Notes under the pieces: model-generated
Seen by the model: only the letters and a program-made list of their open reading frames with translations
Database searches by the model: none
Told to the model about the DNA's origin: nothing
Shown: positions 17,956 to 28,015 of the stretch, piece after piece
Layout: the number at the start of each line of letters is the position of its first letter
Position numbering within the stretch: position 1 is the stretch's first letter
DNA from: Anaerolineales bacterium
GTDB lineage: Bacteria; Chloroflexota; Anaerolineae; Anaerolineales; Villigracilaceae
Assembly: GCA_036261375.1 (NCBI GenBank)
Contig: DATAKV010000157.1
Coordinates: forward strand, 1 to 34,616
Direction of reading: 5' to 3'
Length of the DNA stretch: 34,616 bases
Position numbers and translations under genes: made by a program

Positions 17956-17991
17956 ATTATAACCGAGAATGAAAGGTATGCCGTGTATAAT
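17956..17991. promoter_or_regulatory. Back-to-back divergent -10 boxes for the kinase (minus, 17956-17961) and pncC (plus, 17986-17991)
   Basis: Two perfect TATAAT hexamers on opposite strands, 24 nt apart. Confidence 0.65.
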
Positions 17992-18016
17992 CTCCATAAC
18001 AAAATTGTTAGAGGCG

Positions 18017-18517
18017 ATGGTGGCTGATACATTGGAAGCTCATGTTGGGAAACAATTGAAGGAAAAAGGTCTCAATCTCTCGCTGGCCGAGTCCTGCACG
18101 GGCGGGTTGATCGGCGACCGGATCACGAACCTGCCCGGATCCTCGGAATATTTTATGGGCAGTGTGGTTGCATATGCCTACGAAGCCAAGGTGGCTCTGC
18201 TGGGCGTCTCGTGGGAGACTTTGAATCTACACGGTGCTGTCAGCCATGAGACCGTTTTGGAGATGGCGCGCGGAGCTCGAAAGGTCATGAGTACCGATAT
18301 CGCTGTGTCGGTCAGTGGGATTGCCGGGCCCGGCGGCGCAACGGACGAGAAGCCAGTTGGAACCACCTGGATTGGCCTGGTGGCAGGCGACGGCGAGTGG
18401 ACAAGGCACTTTCTGTTCTCCGGTGACCGAGTGGAGAATAAATCCTCTGCAGCCGATGCAGCTTTGCAGATGCTGCTGGATTATTTGAACGGTCGCCTGG
18501 AAAAACAGGCTGCCTGA
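18017..18517 (+). CDS. pncC: CinA C-terminal domain protein / NMN deamidase PncC
   Basis: LAESCTGG, PGSS, AYEAK, GAVS, SVSGIAGPGG, KPVGT; GAGG RBS. Confidence 0.88.
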   Translation: MVADTLEAHVGKQLKEKGLNLSLAESCTGGLIGDRITNLPGSSEYFMGSVVAYAYEAKVALLGVSWETLNLHGAVSHETVLEMARGARKVMSTDIAVSVSGIAGPGGATDEKPVGTTWIGLVAGDGEWTRHFLFSGDRVENKSSAADAALQMLLDYLNGRLEKQAA

Positions 18518-18578
18518 CCTGTTCCTTGATTTCGAGTACAATTTAATCGTTCTGAGCGGGGATAGTTTGTTCTGGGTC

Positions 18579-20294
18579 ATGATGAATACTGCGAGAATTC
18601 GCGAATTATTGGTACAGCTGTACGGTCACGATGCGGGCGGCTCTGCTCTTGAACGACTAACTCGAACCCTTGAAATCTTCGACGTCCGCGTTTTGTCAAC
18701 ACCCACCGGGGGATTGGATCAACGCGACACGATTCTGATCACCTACCCTGACCAGGTCCAGCGTGAAGACCAGCCTCCGCTGGCCGTCCTGGCCCGGTTT
18801 TGCCGCGCTCACTTTCTGGGCGCCATAACAGGTATCCATATCCTGCCGTTCTATCCCTGGACGTCTGACGATGGATTTTCTGTGGTCGATTACCGACAGG
18901 TGGATCCGCGTTATGGCGAATGGAAGGATATTGAACGGCTCGGGCGGGATTTCAGATTGATGTTCGATGCGGTTATTAATCACGCTTCTGTGGAAAGCGA
19001 GTGGTTCCGGGGTTTCCTGGCTGGAGATTCAAAGTACCGCAAGTACTTCATCGTTCCAGGTGCAGAGGAAGACCTGTCCAGGGTTGTCCGGCCGCGTGCC
19101 CTGCCGCTGCTGACAGCCTTTCAGACGGCCGATGGCGAAAAGAAAGTCTGGACAACGTTCAGCGCGGACCAGGTGGATCTTAATTACGCTAATCCGGATC
19201 TGCTGCTCGAGATCCTGGACATCCTGCTCCTGTATGTATCTCACAGGGCGGAATTCATCCGGCTGGATGCCATTGCCTATCTCTGGAAGGAGACGGGCAC
19301 ATCCTGCATCCACCTGCCGCAAACGCATGCAATCATCCAGCTGATCCGGGCCGTGCTGGAGGAAGTGGCGCCTCATGTCATGCTGATCACGGAGACGAAT
19401 GTTCCTCACAGCGATAACATTTCCTATTTCGGAGCTGGGACGAACGAGGCTCACATGGTCTACAACTTCTCACTGCCGCCGCTGACACTGCATGCCTTTC
19501 AGACAGGCTCGGCCGAGGTCCTCTCGAGCTGGGCGGCAAATCTCGAAATTCCGTCTACGGAAGTGACCTTCTTCAATTTCCTGGCCTCCCACGATGGCAT
19601 TGGACTAAATCCCCTGCGCGGGATCCTGCCCGAAGAAGAGATCGAGACACTTGTCCAGCGTGCCCGGACGCATGGTGGGTTGGTTTCGTTAAAAAATGAT
19701 ATTGGCGGGGTACAGCGACCGTATGAACTGAACATCAACTATTTCGATGCGCTCAACGATCCGAATGCCGGGGAGCCGCTCGAAGTTCAGGTTGACCGGT
19801 TTGTTACGGCGCATGCCATCCTGCTGGCCATGAGAGGTGTTCCTGCCATTTACTTCCACAGCCTGGTCGGCTCGCGCGGCTGGCCGGAAGGGGCAAGAGA
19901 GAGTGGTCATAACCGGACCGTCAACCGCAGAAAAGTTCAGGAAGTCGAACTCGAGGAACTGCTCTCCCGGCCAGATACACGTTCTGCCCAGGTATTGCAG
20001 AGGCTTCTGCACTTGCTCCAGCTTCGCCGCGTTCACAAAGCATTTCATCCCTATGGTTTTCAGGAAGTACTCCCCTGTCCACCGGAAGTTTTTGGCCTGG
20101 TACGAATATCTCCAGATGGAAAGGAAAAAGTAATATGCCTTCAAAATGTCTCCGATCGACGGGTGGGAATGAATTACATCCCCTTCATTCAGCCGGGAAT
20201 GCAGGATATCATCACGGGCGAGCAGCTCGAACATCCGGTTTCTTCTGCATTAGGACCTTATCAAACCATGTGGCTGATTGAGACAGAGGACTGA
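18579..20294 (+). CDS. GH13_18 sucrose-phosphorylase family, probable glucosylglycerate phosphorylase
   Basis: HILPF, SDDGFSV, WTTFSADQVDLN, nucleophile RLDA, acid/base ITETN, ASHDGIG and loop PYELN. ETN plus PYE match the glucosylglycerate-specific (YcjM-like) clade as recalled. Confidence 0.85.
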   Translation: MMNTARIRELLVQLYGHDAGGSALERLTRTLEIFDVRVLSTPTGGLDQRDTILITYPDQVQREDQPPLAVLARFCRAHFLGAITGIHILPFYPWTSDDGFSVVDYRQVDPRYGEWKDIERLGRDFRLMFDAVINHASVESEWFRGFLAGDSKYRKYFIVPGAEEDLSRVVRPRALPLLTAFQTADGEKKVWTTFSADQVDLNYANPDLLLEILDILLLYVSHRAEFIRLDAIAYLWKETGTSCIHLPQTHAIIQLIRAVLEEVAPHVMLITETNVPHSDNISYFGAGTNEAHMVYNFSLPPLTLHAFQTGSAEVLSSWAANLEIPSTEVTFFNFLASHDGIGLNPLRGILPEEEIETLVQRARTHGGLVSLKNDIGGVQRPYELNINYFDALNDPNAGEPLEVQVDRFVTAHAILLAMRGVPAIYFHSLVGSRGWPEGARESGHNRTVNRRKVQEVELEELLSRPDTRSAQVLQRLLHLLQLRRVHKAFHPYGFQEVLPCPPEVFGLVRISPDGKEKVICLQNVSDRRVGMNYIPFIQPGMQDIITGEQLEHPVSSALGPYQTMWLIETED

Positions 20295-20297
20295 TCC

Positions 20298-21587
20298 ATG
20301 CTTACTCCCACCATTTCCTCCCGGCGTATTGGTTTTGTTTCCACTCGTTTCAGTACCACGGATGGTGTCTCTCTCGAAACCCAAAAATGGGCAGATGTCC
20401 TGGAAGGCCTCGGACACCAGCTTTTTTATTTCGCGGGTCTGTGCAACCGCCCACCAGAGGTCAGTCATGTGATCCCGGAGGCGCACTTCGAGCATCCGGA
20501 TATCCGTGAGATCAGCGATGTTGCCTACAAGTTACGGCTTAGGCCTTTGAATGTAACCCGCCGCATCCATGAGCTGCGGGTGTATATTAAGCATCAGCTC
20601 TATGAGTTCATCAAGAAATTCGATATAGACATGCTGATCGTGGAGAATGCCTCCTCGATCCCAATGAACATCCCGCTCGGGCTGGCGATCACGGAGCTGA
20701 TCGCCGAGACCGGCATCCCGACAATCGGGCACCATCATGATTTCTCATGGGAGCGCAAACGCTTCCTCGTGAACTGTATTGGCGATTACCTGGAGATGTC
20801 CTTCCCGCCGCGGCTGCCATCCATACGTCACGTAGTGATCAATTCCCTGGCGGCTGCCCAGCTGGGACGAAGGAAAGGCGTGGCGGCCACGATCATCCCG
20901 AACGTAATGGATTTCGATCACCCCCCCGCACCGCCAGATGAGTACACAGCCTCTCTCCGCGCCGACCTGGAGATTGCTCCTGACGAATTTTTCTTTCTTC
21001 AACCGACGCGCGTGGTCCGGCGCAAGGGGATCGAGCATGCCATCGAGCTGATCAAGCGCCTGGATGTGAAGGGCAGACTCGTGATCTCGCATGCCAGCGG
21101 CGATGAAGGCGATGAATACGAAGAGCACGTCCGTTCGTTCGCCAGGCTGTTTGGCGTGAATGTCATCTTTTCCTCAGACCAAATTGATGTCCACCGCGGT
21201 ATGACCCCCGACGGGCGGAAGATCTATTCCCTAGACGATATCTATCCCTTCTGCGACCTGGTGACCTATCCCTCCCTGCTGGAGGGGTTTGGAAATGCCT
21301 TCCTGGAAGCCATCTATTTCCGAAAGCCACTGGTGGTCAACAATTACACCATATATTCCACCGATATCCATCCCAAGGGTTTCCGGGCCATCGAGTTCGA
21401 TGGGTTTATCACCGATGATACGGTTGCCCAGGTCTACCAGGTTCTCACCAGCCGAGACCTGGCAGAGGAGATGGCCGAGCACAATTACAAGCTGGCGAAG
21501 AAATACTTCTCCTTCAGCGCACTCCGCCACCACCTGGAAGCGCTCCTGTTTTCCTGCTTTGGTGAAGGGTATGGCGAGGTGCAATGA
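20298..21587 (+). CDS. GT4 glycosyltransferase, MggS-like (mannosylglucosylglycerate synthase)
   Basis: DGVSLETQKW N-terminal motif, HHHDFSWER, QPTRVVRRKGIE, EGFGNAFLEA (Ex7E). Confidence 0.75.
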   Translation: MLTPTISSRRIGFVSTRFSTTDGVSLETQKWADVLEGLGHQLFYFAGLCNRPPEVSHVIPEAHFEHPDIREISDVAYKLRLRPLNVTRRIHELRVYIKHQLYEFIKKFDIDMLIVENASSIPMNIPLGLAITELIAETGIPTIGHHHDFSWERKRFLVNCIGDYLEMSFPPRLPSIRHVVINSLAAAQLGRRKGVAATIIPNVMDFDHPPAPPDEYTASLRADLEIAPDEFFFLQPTRVVRRKGIEHAIELIKRLDVKGRLVISHASGDEGDEYEEHVRSFARLFGVNVIFSSDQIDVHRGMTPDGRKIYSLDDIYPFCDLVTYPSLLEGFGNAFLEAIYFRKPLVVNNYTIYSTDIHPKGFRAIEFDGFITDDTVAQVYQVLTSRDLAEEMAEHNYKLAKKYFSFSALRHHLEALLFSCFGEGYGEVQ

Positions 21588-22810
21588 AGATCGTGCTGCT
21601 CCATTATTCCGCTCCGCCAATCGTGGGCGGCGTGGAAAGTGTCATCGGGCACCATGCCCGCATGATGGCGGACGCCGGTCACGAGGTCCGGATCGTGGCA
21701 GGCCGCGGCGGCCAGACGGATGAGCGCGTGGAATTTATGCTGATCCGCGAGGTGGATTCGCGCCATCCCCTCGCGGCTTCTCTAAAAGAGCAGCTGGATG
21801 CCGGAAGAATTCCGGCAGAATTTTCTACTCGTGTAGAGGAGCTCACCCGGACACTTTTGGATGTTGTCTCGGATGCCGACTGTTTGATCGCCCATAACGT
21901 TTGTTCGCTGAACAAGAATTTGGTGCTGACTGCCGCCTTGAAAAAGATCTCTGAACAGGCTGAGCAAATCCAGATGGTCCTCTGGCATCATGACCTGGCA
22001 TGGACCACCCCGCGCTACCAGAATGAACTGCATGAAGGCTACCCCTGGGACCTGCTCCGGATTCCATGGCCGTGTGTCAAGCAGGTGACCATCTCCGAGT
22101 TCAGGCAAAAGGAGCTTGCCGATCTGATGGGTATCGCTGAAGACGATATTCACGTCGTCCCCAACGGTGTGGATGTACCGCGCTTTTTGAAGCTGGAACC
22201 GTTGACTGCCGGCTTTGTGAGTCAACTGGATCTTTTGAACGCCTGCCCCATCCTGCTCTTGCCGGTCCGTATTACTCCTCGCAAGAACATCGAGCTGGCG
22301 CTGTATGTGTTGGCTGCCCTGCGCGAGATATATCCGCAGACAGTGCTGGTCGTGACCGGGCCCCTGGGCCCGCATAATCCGTCGAACGTGGATTACTTCC
22401 AAAAGCTGCAATCCCTGCGTGAAGCTCTTTCTCTGCAGCGTAGCGCCTTCTTCCTTGCGGAGCTGACAGACGGGTATTTACCCGACGACGTGATCAGTGA
22501 TTCTTACCAGCTTGCCGATGCGCTGATCCTGCCGAGCCGGGAGGAGGGATTTGGCATTCCGGTGCTTGAAGCCGGCCTGGCTGGCCTCCCGGCTTTCTGC
22601 GCGGATATTCCACCTCTGCGAGACCTGGGCATGGCGGATGTACGTTATTTCTCCTTGGACGATCCTCCATCGCACATCGCATCTCTGATCGCAGAACAGC
22701 TGTCGTCCAGCTCGATCCTGAAGTTCCGCGCCCGGGTGCGCTCTCAATTTGCATGGCCTGAAATTTACGAGCAGCAGATCGATCCGCTGCTGAGAAAGGG
22801 CACGAAATGA
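21584..22810 (+). CDS. GT4 glycosyltransferase
   Basis: HYSAPPIVGGVE, HHD, PVRITPRKNIE, EGFGIPVLEA; ATGA overlaps at both ends. Confidence 0.88.
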   Translation: MKIVLLHYSAPPIVGGVESVIGHHARMMADAGHEVRIVAGRGGQTDERVEFMLIREVDSRHPLAASLKEQLDAGRIPAEFSTRVEELTRTLLDVVSDADCLIAHNVCSLNKNLVLTAALKKISEQAEQIQMVLWHHDLAWTTPRYQNELHEGYPWDLLRIPWPCVKQVTISEFRQKELADLMGIAEDDIHVVPNGVDVPRFLKLEPLTAGFVSQLDLLNACPILLLPVRITPRKNIELALYVLAALREIYPQTVLVVTGPLGPHNPSNVDYFQKLQSLREALSLQRSAFFLAELTDGYLPDDVISDSYQLADALILPSREEGFGIPVLEAGLAGLPAFCADIPPLRDLGMADVRYFSLDDPPSHIASLIAEQLSSSSILKFRARVRSQFAWPEIYEQQIDPLLRKGTK

Positions 22811-24618
22811 ACAGAACGTTCCAACGAAACATGTTCCGCAAAATCCTTGTTCCCATCCTTCATGGGCGCGACTTCGAAGATTCCCTGCTTGTAGCGTGCA
22901 GCATTGCCTCTGCCGAATCCATCCTGCTGGCAGGGATGGTAGCCGTTGCGGATGACAATAACCTGAGCGCCGGCGCACTTCCAGCCCAGGAGCTGCGTAA
23001 ATCCTTTCGCCAGATCAAAAGCAAACAGGATATCCACTCGCTCGAATTGATCCGTGTCACGCACCAGCCCTGGAATGAGTTATTGAAGGTTGTGCGCGAG
23101 GAAAAACCGGATCTGCTTGTCCTGGATGCGGGCCATTGCCAGTTATTCGGTTTTTCCATTCATGAGGTATTGAAACGGGCTCCATGCAATGTTGTGGTGG
23201 CCTGCGGCTCGATGCCCAAAAAGTTCGACCAGGTTCTCATCCCCATCCGCGGCGGACCGAACGCCGAGCTGGCCTTGCGCCTGGGGCTATCGCTCGCGCG
23301 GCATGGCGGCGCAAGTATTCACACGCTCCATATCATCTCCAAAACGCCCAGTGCCTCGCGCGATGTTGCCTTCCGGGGCTTGCAGCGCGTCCTGAACAAC
23401 CTGCCCGAGGTGAATCGCCAGCTTCTGCAGACAAACGATCCAACTTCTGCGATCCTGCTTGCTTCGAAGGAATATGATGTCACTATCATCGGCGCGACTG
23501 CGTTTTCAGATGATACATCCATCGGGCTCGGCGAGGTGGCCGAAACCATCCTGGAGGAAAAGTCACGCGGGCTCCTGATCGTGAAGCTGTTCCGGCCGGC
23601 CACGACCAACATGGAGAGTGAATTTGTCGGGCAGACTGCGATATCGGTGCTGGTGGACAAGTGGTTTGCCGAAAACACCTACCATGCCAGCGAGTTTGCC
23701 GACCTCAAGGAACTGCTGGAACTGAAACAAAAGCAAAAAGTGACGGTCAGCCTGGCACTGCCTGCGCTCAACGAAGAGGAGACGGTTGGCAAGGTCATCA
23801 CCACTGTGAAACGGGAGATGATGGAACGCTACCCCCTGCTGGATGAGATCGTGCTGATCGATTCCAATTCCAAAGATCGTACGCGCGAGATCGCCAAAAA
23901 GCTGGGTGTCCCGGTCTACATCCACCAGGAGATCCTTTCCCAATATGGAGCCCGGCCAGGGAAGGGCGAAGCGCTCTGGAAAAGTCTTTATGTCACCCGC
24001 GGCGACATCATCCTCTGGATCGATACCGATATCGTGAATATTCATCCCCGGTTCCTGTATGGGCTGCTGGGCCCGCTCCTGCTCCGCCCGGATATTCACT
24101 TCATCAAGGGATATTACCGGCGCCCGATCAAGTTGAACGGAAAAAGGGAATCCAGCGGTGGCGGACGCGTGACCGAGCTGACTGCCCGGCCGTTGTTGAA
24201 CCTGTTCTACCCGGAACTCTCAGGCGTGATCCAGCCGCTCTCCGGCGAGTACGGCGGGCGCCGGTCTGCCCTCGAGCAAATGCCTTTTTCCTCGGGCTCC
24301 GGTGTGGAGACAGGGTTGTTGATCGATATCTTCGAAAAATTTGGCCTGAAGGCCATCGGCCAGGTCGACCTGCAGGAGCGCGTCCATCACAACCAGCAGC
24401 TCGAGGGACTGAGCAAGATGTCCTTTGCTATTATTCAGACCGTGGTGCGCCGCCTCGAGCGCCGGTATGAGCGGAACTTCCTCGAGGATGTGAACAAAAC
24501 CATGAAGCTGATCCGCTATGACAAGGATGTCCTGTATCTCGATGTAAATGAAATAGCCGAACTGGAGCGTTCGGCTATGATCGAAATACCGGAGTATTGT
24601 AAGCTGTGGAAGAACTAG
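22807..24618 (+). CDS. gpgS: Universal-stress-protein domains fused to glucosyl-3-phosphoglycerate synthase
   Basis: N-terminal FRKILVPI and [14 protein letters not shown] (two USP-like repeats). C-terminal [41 protein letters not shown]. Confidence 0.85.
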   Translation: MNRTFQRNMFRKILVPILHGRDFEDSLLVACSIASAESILLAGMVAVADDNNLSAGALPAQELRKSFRQIKSKQDIHSLELIRVTHQPWNELLKVVREEKPDLLVLDAGHCQLFGFSIHEVLKRAPCNVVVACGSMPKKFDQVLIPIRGGPNAELALRLGLSLARHGGASIHTLHIISKTPSASRDVAFRGLQRVLNNLPEVNRQLLQTNDPTSAILLASKEYDVTIIGATAFSDDTSIGLGEVAETILEEKSRGLLIVKLFRPATTNMESEFVGQTAISVLVDKWFAENTYHASEFADLKELLELKQKQKVTVSLALPALNEEETVGKVITTVKREMMERYPLLDEIVLIDSNSKDRTREIAKKLGVPVYIHQEILSQYGARPGKGEALWKSLYVTRGDIILWIDTDIVNIHPRFLYGLLGPLLLRPDIHFIKGYYRRPIKLNGKRESSGGGRVTELTARPLLNLFYPELSGVIQPLSGEYGGRRSALEQMPFSSGSGVETGLLIDIFEKFGLKAIGQVDLQERVHHNQQLEGLSKMSFAIIQTVVRRLERRYERNFLEDVNKTMKLIRYDKDVLYLDVNEIAELERSAMIEIPEYCKLWKN

Positions 24619-25613
24619 TTCTGGGCGAATGTGTCGATCAGTAACTTGAAGTTGCCGCCTACGGGGTAGAGGATCGGGCAGGTACAGCCGCGCTTCTTAT
24701 ATTCCTCCACCTTGGCTTTTGCCTCCTCGGGAGTCCCGGAGGCGGTGATGGCATGGACCAGCTCGTCGGGTACGAGGTGCTTGGCCTTGTTGATCTGCTC
24801 CTTGGTGGCAGGCCAGCCCAGGGTGGACTGGATCTCGTTGATGACCTCCTGGGAGACGCGTGAGGCCTTGGCGATATGCGGCTGCTGGGCCAGATACTGG
24901 CAGAGCAGTTCCTTGGTGTATTCAATCGCCTTGTCATGACTCTCGTCCACCGAGCAGACAATGAGCTGCGGGCGGTCGAAATCTTCCATCCTGCGTCCGG
25001 ATTTCTTCAACCCTTTGTCGAGCAGCTCGAGCGCGTTGTCATTGTAATCCGGCGGGACACAGTAGTTGAGAACCGCGCCGTCGGCGATCTCACCGGTCAG
25101 CTCCATCATCAGGTCGCCTGTTGCGCCGATCATGATCGGGATATTGCGCGGCTCGCGCCGTCCATGGACCACATCCAGCTCGATCCCATCCACGTGATGG
25201 AATTCCCCGTGGAAGGTGACCCGCTCCATATTCAACAGCCGGCGCAGCACCTCCACCGTTTCGCGCATGGCCAGCAGCGGCTTGCGGCGCTCGATGCCCA
25301 CGTTCTTCGCCAGCGGATCCCACCAGGCGCCGATTCCGCAGATGATGCGGTTGGGAGCCAGATCGTCCAGGGTCAGGAATGTCGCGGCGAGCAGGCCGAT
25401 ATTGCGGGTCCAGTTGTTGATCACGCCCGAGCCGACTTTGAGACGCTCTGTCACCGCGGCATAGGCAGCCATGGGCACAATCGCATCCCGTACCAGCCGC
25501 GATTCTGCCTGCCATACGGCTTCGAACCCTTTTTCCTCTGCATATCTTGCATAATCAAGTCCATCACGCAGGTCGTGAGAATCCTGCAAATAGAGTGCAA
25601 CGCGCTCGGTCAT
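24615..25613 (-). CDS. Luciferase-like (LLM) oxidoreductase, probably F420-dependent (Mer-like)
   Basis: [41 protein letters not shown]; AAGGAG RBS; last gene of the F420 cluster. Confidence 0.88.
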   Translation of the reverse strand: MTERVALYLQDSHDLRDGLDYARYAEEKGFEAVWQAESRLVRDAIVPMAAYAAVTERLKVGSGVINNWTRNIGLLAATFLTLDDLAPNRIICGIGAWWDPLAKNVGIERRKPLLAMRETVEVLRRLLNMERVTFHGEFHHVDGIELDVVHGRREPRNIPIMIGATGDLMMELTGEIADGAVLNYCVPPDYNDNALELLDKGLKKSGRRMEDFDRPQLIVCSVDESHDKAIEYTKELLCQYLAQQPHIAKASRVSQEVINEIQSTLGWPATKEQINKAKHLVPDELVHAITASGTPEEAKAKVEEYKKRGCTCPILYPVGGNFKLLIDTFAQN

Positions 25614-25714
25614 GACATTCTCCTTGTTGGATTGGATTTATGGACAGTACGTCCCGCAGGGTTGATACAAGTTGCTCCAAGTATAACCAGTGCGGGACGA
25701 ATTTGTAAGACAAA

Positions 25715-26326
25715 TTAGAGGGTTAAGTTTCGTTCCAAATTGCGGATGATCTCCAGGTCTTCCGGTATGTCCAGATCCAGGCCGAGTGAGGGCAGGTCTA
25801 CGATTTCCAGCCTCGCCTCCGACTCTCTGACACGATCACAATGGCGCTGGAAGGAATCCTCTCCAAAATCGTATTCGATCAGGCCGGAGGGGGACATCAA
25901 CAATGCATTGGTGCCCTTCCCATGCCGGTCGGGGGCGATGACCACTACCGGCGGGTCGTCTGCATGCTGGATCAAGGTCAGAACATCCTCGCGGGTGATC
26001 AGCGGCAGGTCGGCAGGGAGCACAAGGACACCGCGCGTGGCATACACCTGGGCTATGACCGTGGCCCGCTTCAGGGCCGTATTCAGCTCCGGTTGCCCAT
26101 CCTCTCGGACGGTGCGAGCGCCGTGATTGCGGGCGATGGTCAGCGCCTGTGGATCGCGGCTGATGACCAGTACCTCCTCCAGCTCCCTGATGCCGGAGAG
26201 GGTTTTTAATGTGTGTTCCAGGAGTGTGCGATTTAGCTGCGTACGTTCATCTTCCGATAAGGCCCCGGCCAGCCGGGATTTGCCTCGCCGTAACGGCTTG
26301 ACAGGAATGATCGCCCAAAGTGTCAT
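25715..26326 (-). CDS. cofC: 2-phospho-L-lactate/PEP guanylyltransferase
   Basis: IIPVK...KSRL, LPADLP, GTNAL, FGEDSF, DLDIPEDL. Confidence 0.93.
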   Translation of the reverse strand: MTLWAIIPVKPLRRGKSRLAGALSEDERTQLNRTLLEHTLKTLSGIRELEEVLVISRDPQALTIARNHGARTVREDGQPELNTALKRATVIAQVYATRGVLVLPADLPLITREDVLTLIQHADDPPVVVIAPDRHGKGTNALLMSPSGLIEYDFGEDSFQRHCDRVRESEARLEIVDLPSLGLDLDIPEDLEIIRNLERNLTL

Positions 26327-27291
26327 AGCTTGTTCCCAATAAACCCTATTATTTCTTGAGCCAGGCGGCTCCTTTCATCATGACTTGTCATGAGCGTATT
26401 CGTTACATGTACGTGCATGTTTAAACCCTTTATTTCTCCTTGCAGTTGCTTATCAATTGCATCCAATACGAAGTCTGTCACCAGGCCGCAGTAGTGGTTT
26501 GCCACGGCCAGGGCGGACGGTTCGATGCCCAGCTCGCGGTACATTTTTGCTGCGGGTCCTTTGACTGTTTGTCCGCCGATAATGGGGGAAACAGCCACGA
26601 CCTGCGAGCCTGCTTTCATCAGCGATGGGAGCGGGGGAAGAATTTTCAGGATCGGATCGATGCTCACCCAGGGATTCGATGGACAGAAGATCACCGCGTC
26701 GGCCGACTGGAGTGCCGCTACTACCCCCGGAGCGGGCTCCGCTGATCCAAGGCCTTCAAATCGGAAGCCTTTGACCCGCGGCTCACAGCGGCGGTGAACA
26801 AAATATTCCTGGAAGGCCAGGTCGCCCTGTTCGGTCTCAACGATCGTCCGCACGGGTGAATCGGACATTGGCAAAACCATATGTTTAATCCCCCATGCCC
26901 TGCAGAAATCGCTTGTGATGTCGCTCAGGCATTGACCTTCCCGCAGCCGCCGCGTCCGTTCGAGATGCGTTCCAAGATCCTGGTCGCCAAGATTGAACCA
27001 GCCCGGGCCTCCCAGCTTAGACGCGTTACCGATGGCATTCCACGTTTCGCCGAGGCGGCCCCAGCCGGTTTCAGGGTTTGCCAGTCCCGCCAGGGTATAG
27101 CAAACCGTATCCAGGTCAGGACAGATATACAAGCCGTAATGCTCGAAATCATCGCCGGTATTGACGATAAGGGTCAGCTCATCGGGAGCCAGATTTTGGG
27201 CGAGTCCATGCGCCAGTTTGGCGCCGCCGACCCCGCCGGCAAATGCGACGATCCGGCGGTGGACGGTGGACGTTGGAGGGTTCGTTTGCAT
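26323..27291 (-). CDS. cofD: LPPG/EPPG:Fo transferase
   Basis: GGVGGAKL, VNTGDDF, CPDLDT, WFNLGDQD, FQEYFV, PSNPWVSI, KGPAAK. The start position is uncertain. Confidence 0.93.
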   Translation of the reverse strand: MQTNPPTSTVHRRIVAFAGGVGGAKLAHGLAQNLAPDELTLIVNTGDDFEHYGLYICPDLDTVCYTLAGLANPETGWGRLGETWNAIGNASKLGGPGWFNLGDQDLGTHLERTRRLREGQCLSDITSDFCRAWGIKHMVLPMSDSPVRTIVETEQGDLAFQEYFVHRRCEPRVKGFRFEGLGSAEPAPGVVAALQSADAVIFCPSNPWVSIDPILKILPPLPSLMKAGSQVVAVSPIIGGQTVKGPAAKMYRELGIEPSALAVANHYCGLVTDFVLDAIDKQLQGEIKGLNMHVHVTNTLMTSHDERSRLAQEIIGFIGNKL

Positions 27292-27400
27292 GTCAGGGTT
27301 CTTTTGGACTCTATAACGAAATGGCTGTGGCAATACGCACGACTTTGACCTTAAATTGTATCCATTAGACTATCGAGGATACCCGCCAGCCCTTTCTGAG

Positions 27401-28015
27401 TCATCGTCTGATGACAACGTTTTCCAAATCTTTCATCTCTTTCGTTCGAGGGGTTGTATCCGTATAGCCGATGAAGAACATACCCTGCGGTTCCCAGGAA
27501 TGGGGAAGATCAAGTGTTTTCTGTATCGTCTCCTGGGCAAACAGCGGCCAGCAGGCCCAGACACCTCCCAGGCCTTCGGCATGCGCGGCGAGTAATAACA
27601 GCAGACCGGCTGCAGCCACGGATTGGGTTGCCATGATCCACTCCGCCCGGCTGCGCTTTTCATCGGGATAGGTATCCATATCGTTCATGTCCAGGCAAAT
27701 TAAGATGACAGCCGGCGCAGAGGTGATACGTTCTGTCGAGCGCCTGATCTGGGATTGTATTTTTTCGGCAGGGACACCATCCCTGGCCAGATCGCGCTCA
27801 AATTCGGCGGCCATCGCTTCGGCAAGACTGATTTTGACAGCTGGACTGGTGAAGACAGCAAAACGCCACGGCTGACGGTTGTGCGCAGAGGGCGCAAACA
27901 TCGCGGTGGCGAGAATATTTTCAATAACGGATTCCGGGACCGGGTCCGGTTTGAAGCGGCGTACTGAACGCCGCGTCCGCAGAAAAGTGTGGAGTTCAGT
28001 CCCCGTGGAGGTCAA
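27401..28015 (-). CDS. Stand-alone nitroreductase resembling the FbiB C-terminal domain (FbiE-like dehydro-F420-0 reductase)
   Basis: RRSVRRF, APSAHNRQPWRF, YPDEKR...AEWIMATQSV. Probable TTG start at 28015 overlapping the PPOX gene end; the start is uncertain. Confidence 0.75.
   Translation of the reverse strand: MTSTGTELHTFLRTRRSVRRFKPDPVPESVIENILATAMFAPSAHNRQPWRFAVFTSPAVKISLAEAMAAEFERDLARDGVPAEKIQSQIRRSTERITSAPAVILICLDMNDMDTYPDEKRSRAEWIMATQSVAAAGLLLLLAAHAEGLGGVWACWPLFAQETIQKTLDLPHSWEPQGMFFIGYTDTTPRTKEMKDLENVVIRR

Noticed and set aside
22807-26326. 3PG-F420 synthesis suggested by adjacency of a 3-phosphoglycerate-using GpgS and cofC
   Set aside because: The clusters are on opposite strands, CofC retains the Gly associated with PEP use, and an FbiE-like reductase points to the PEP route.
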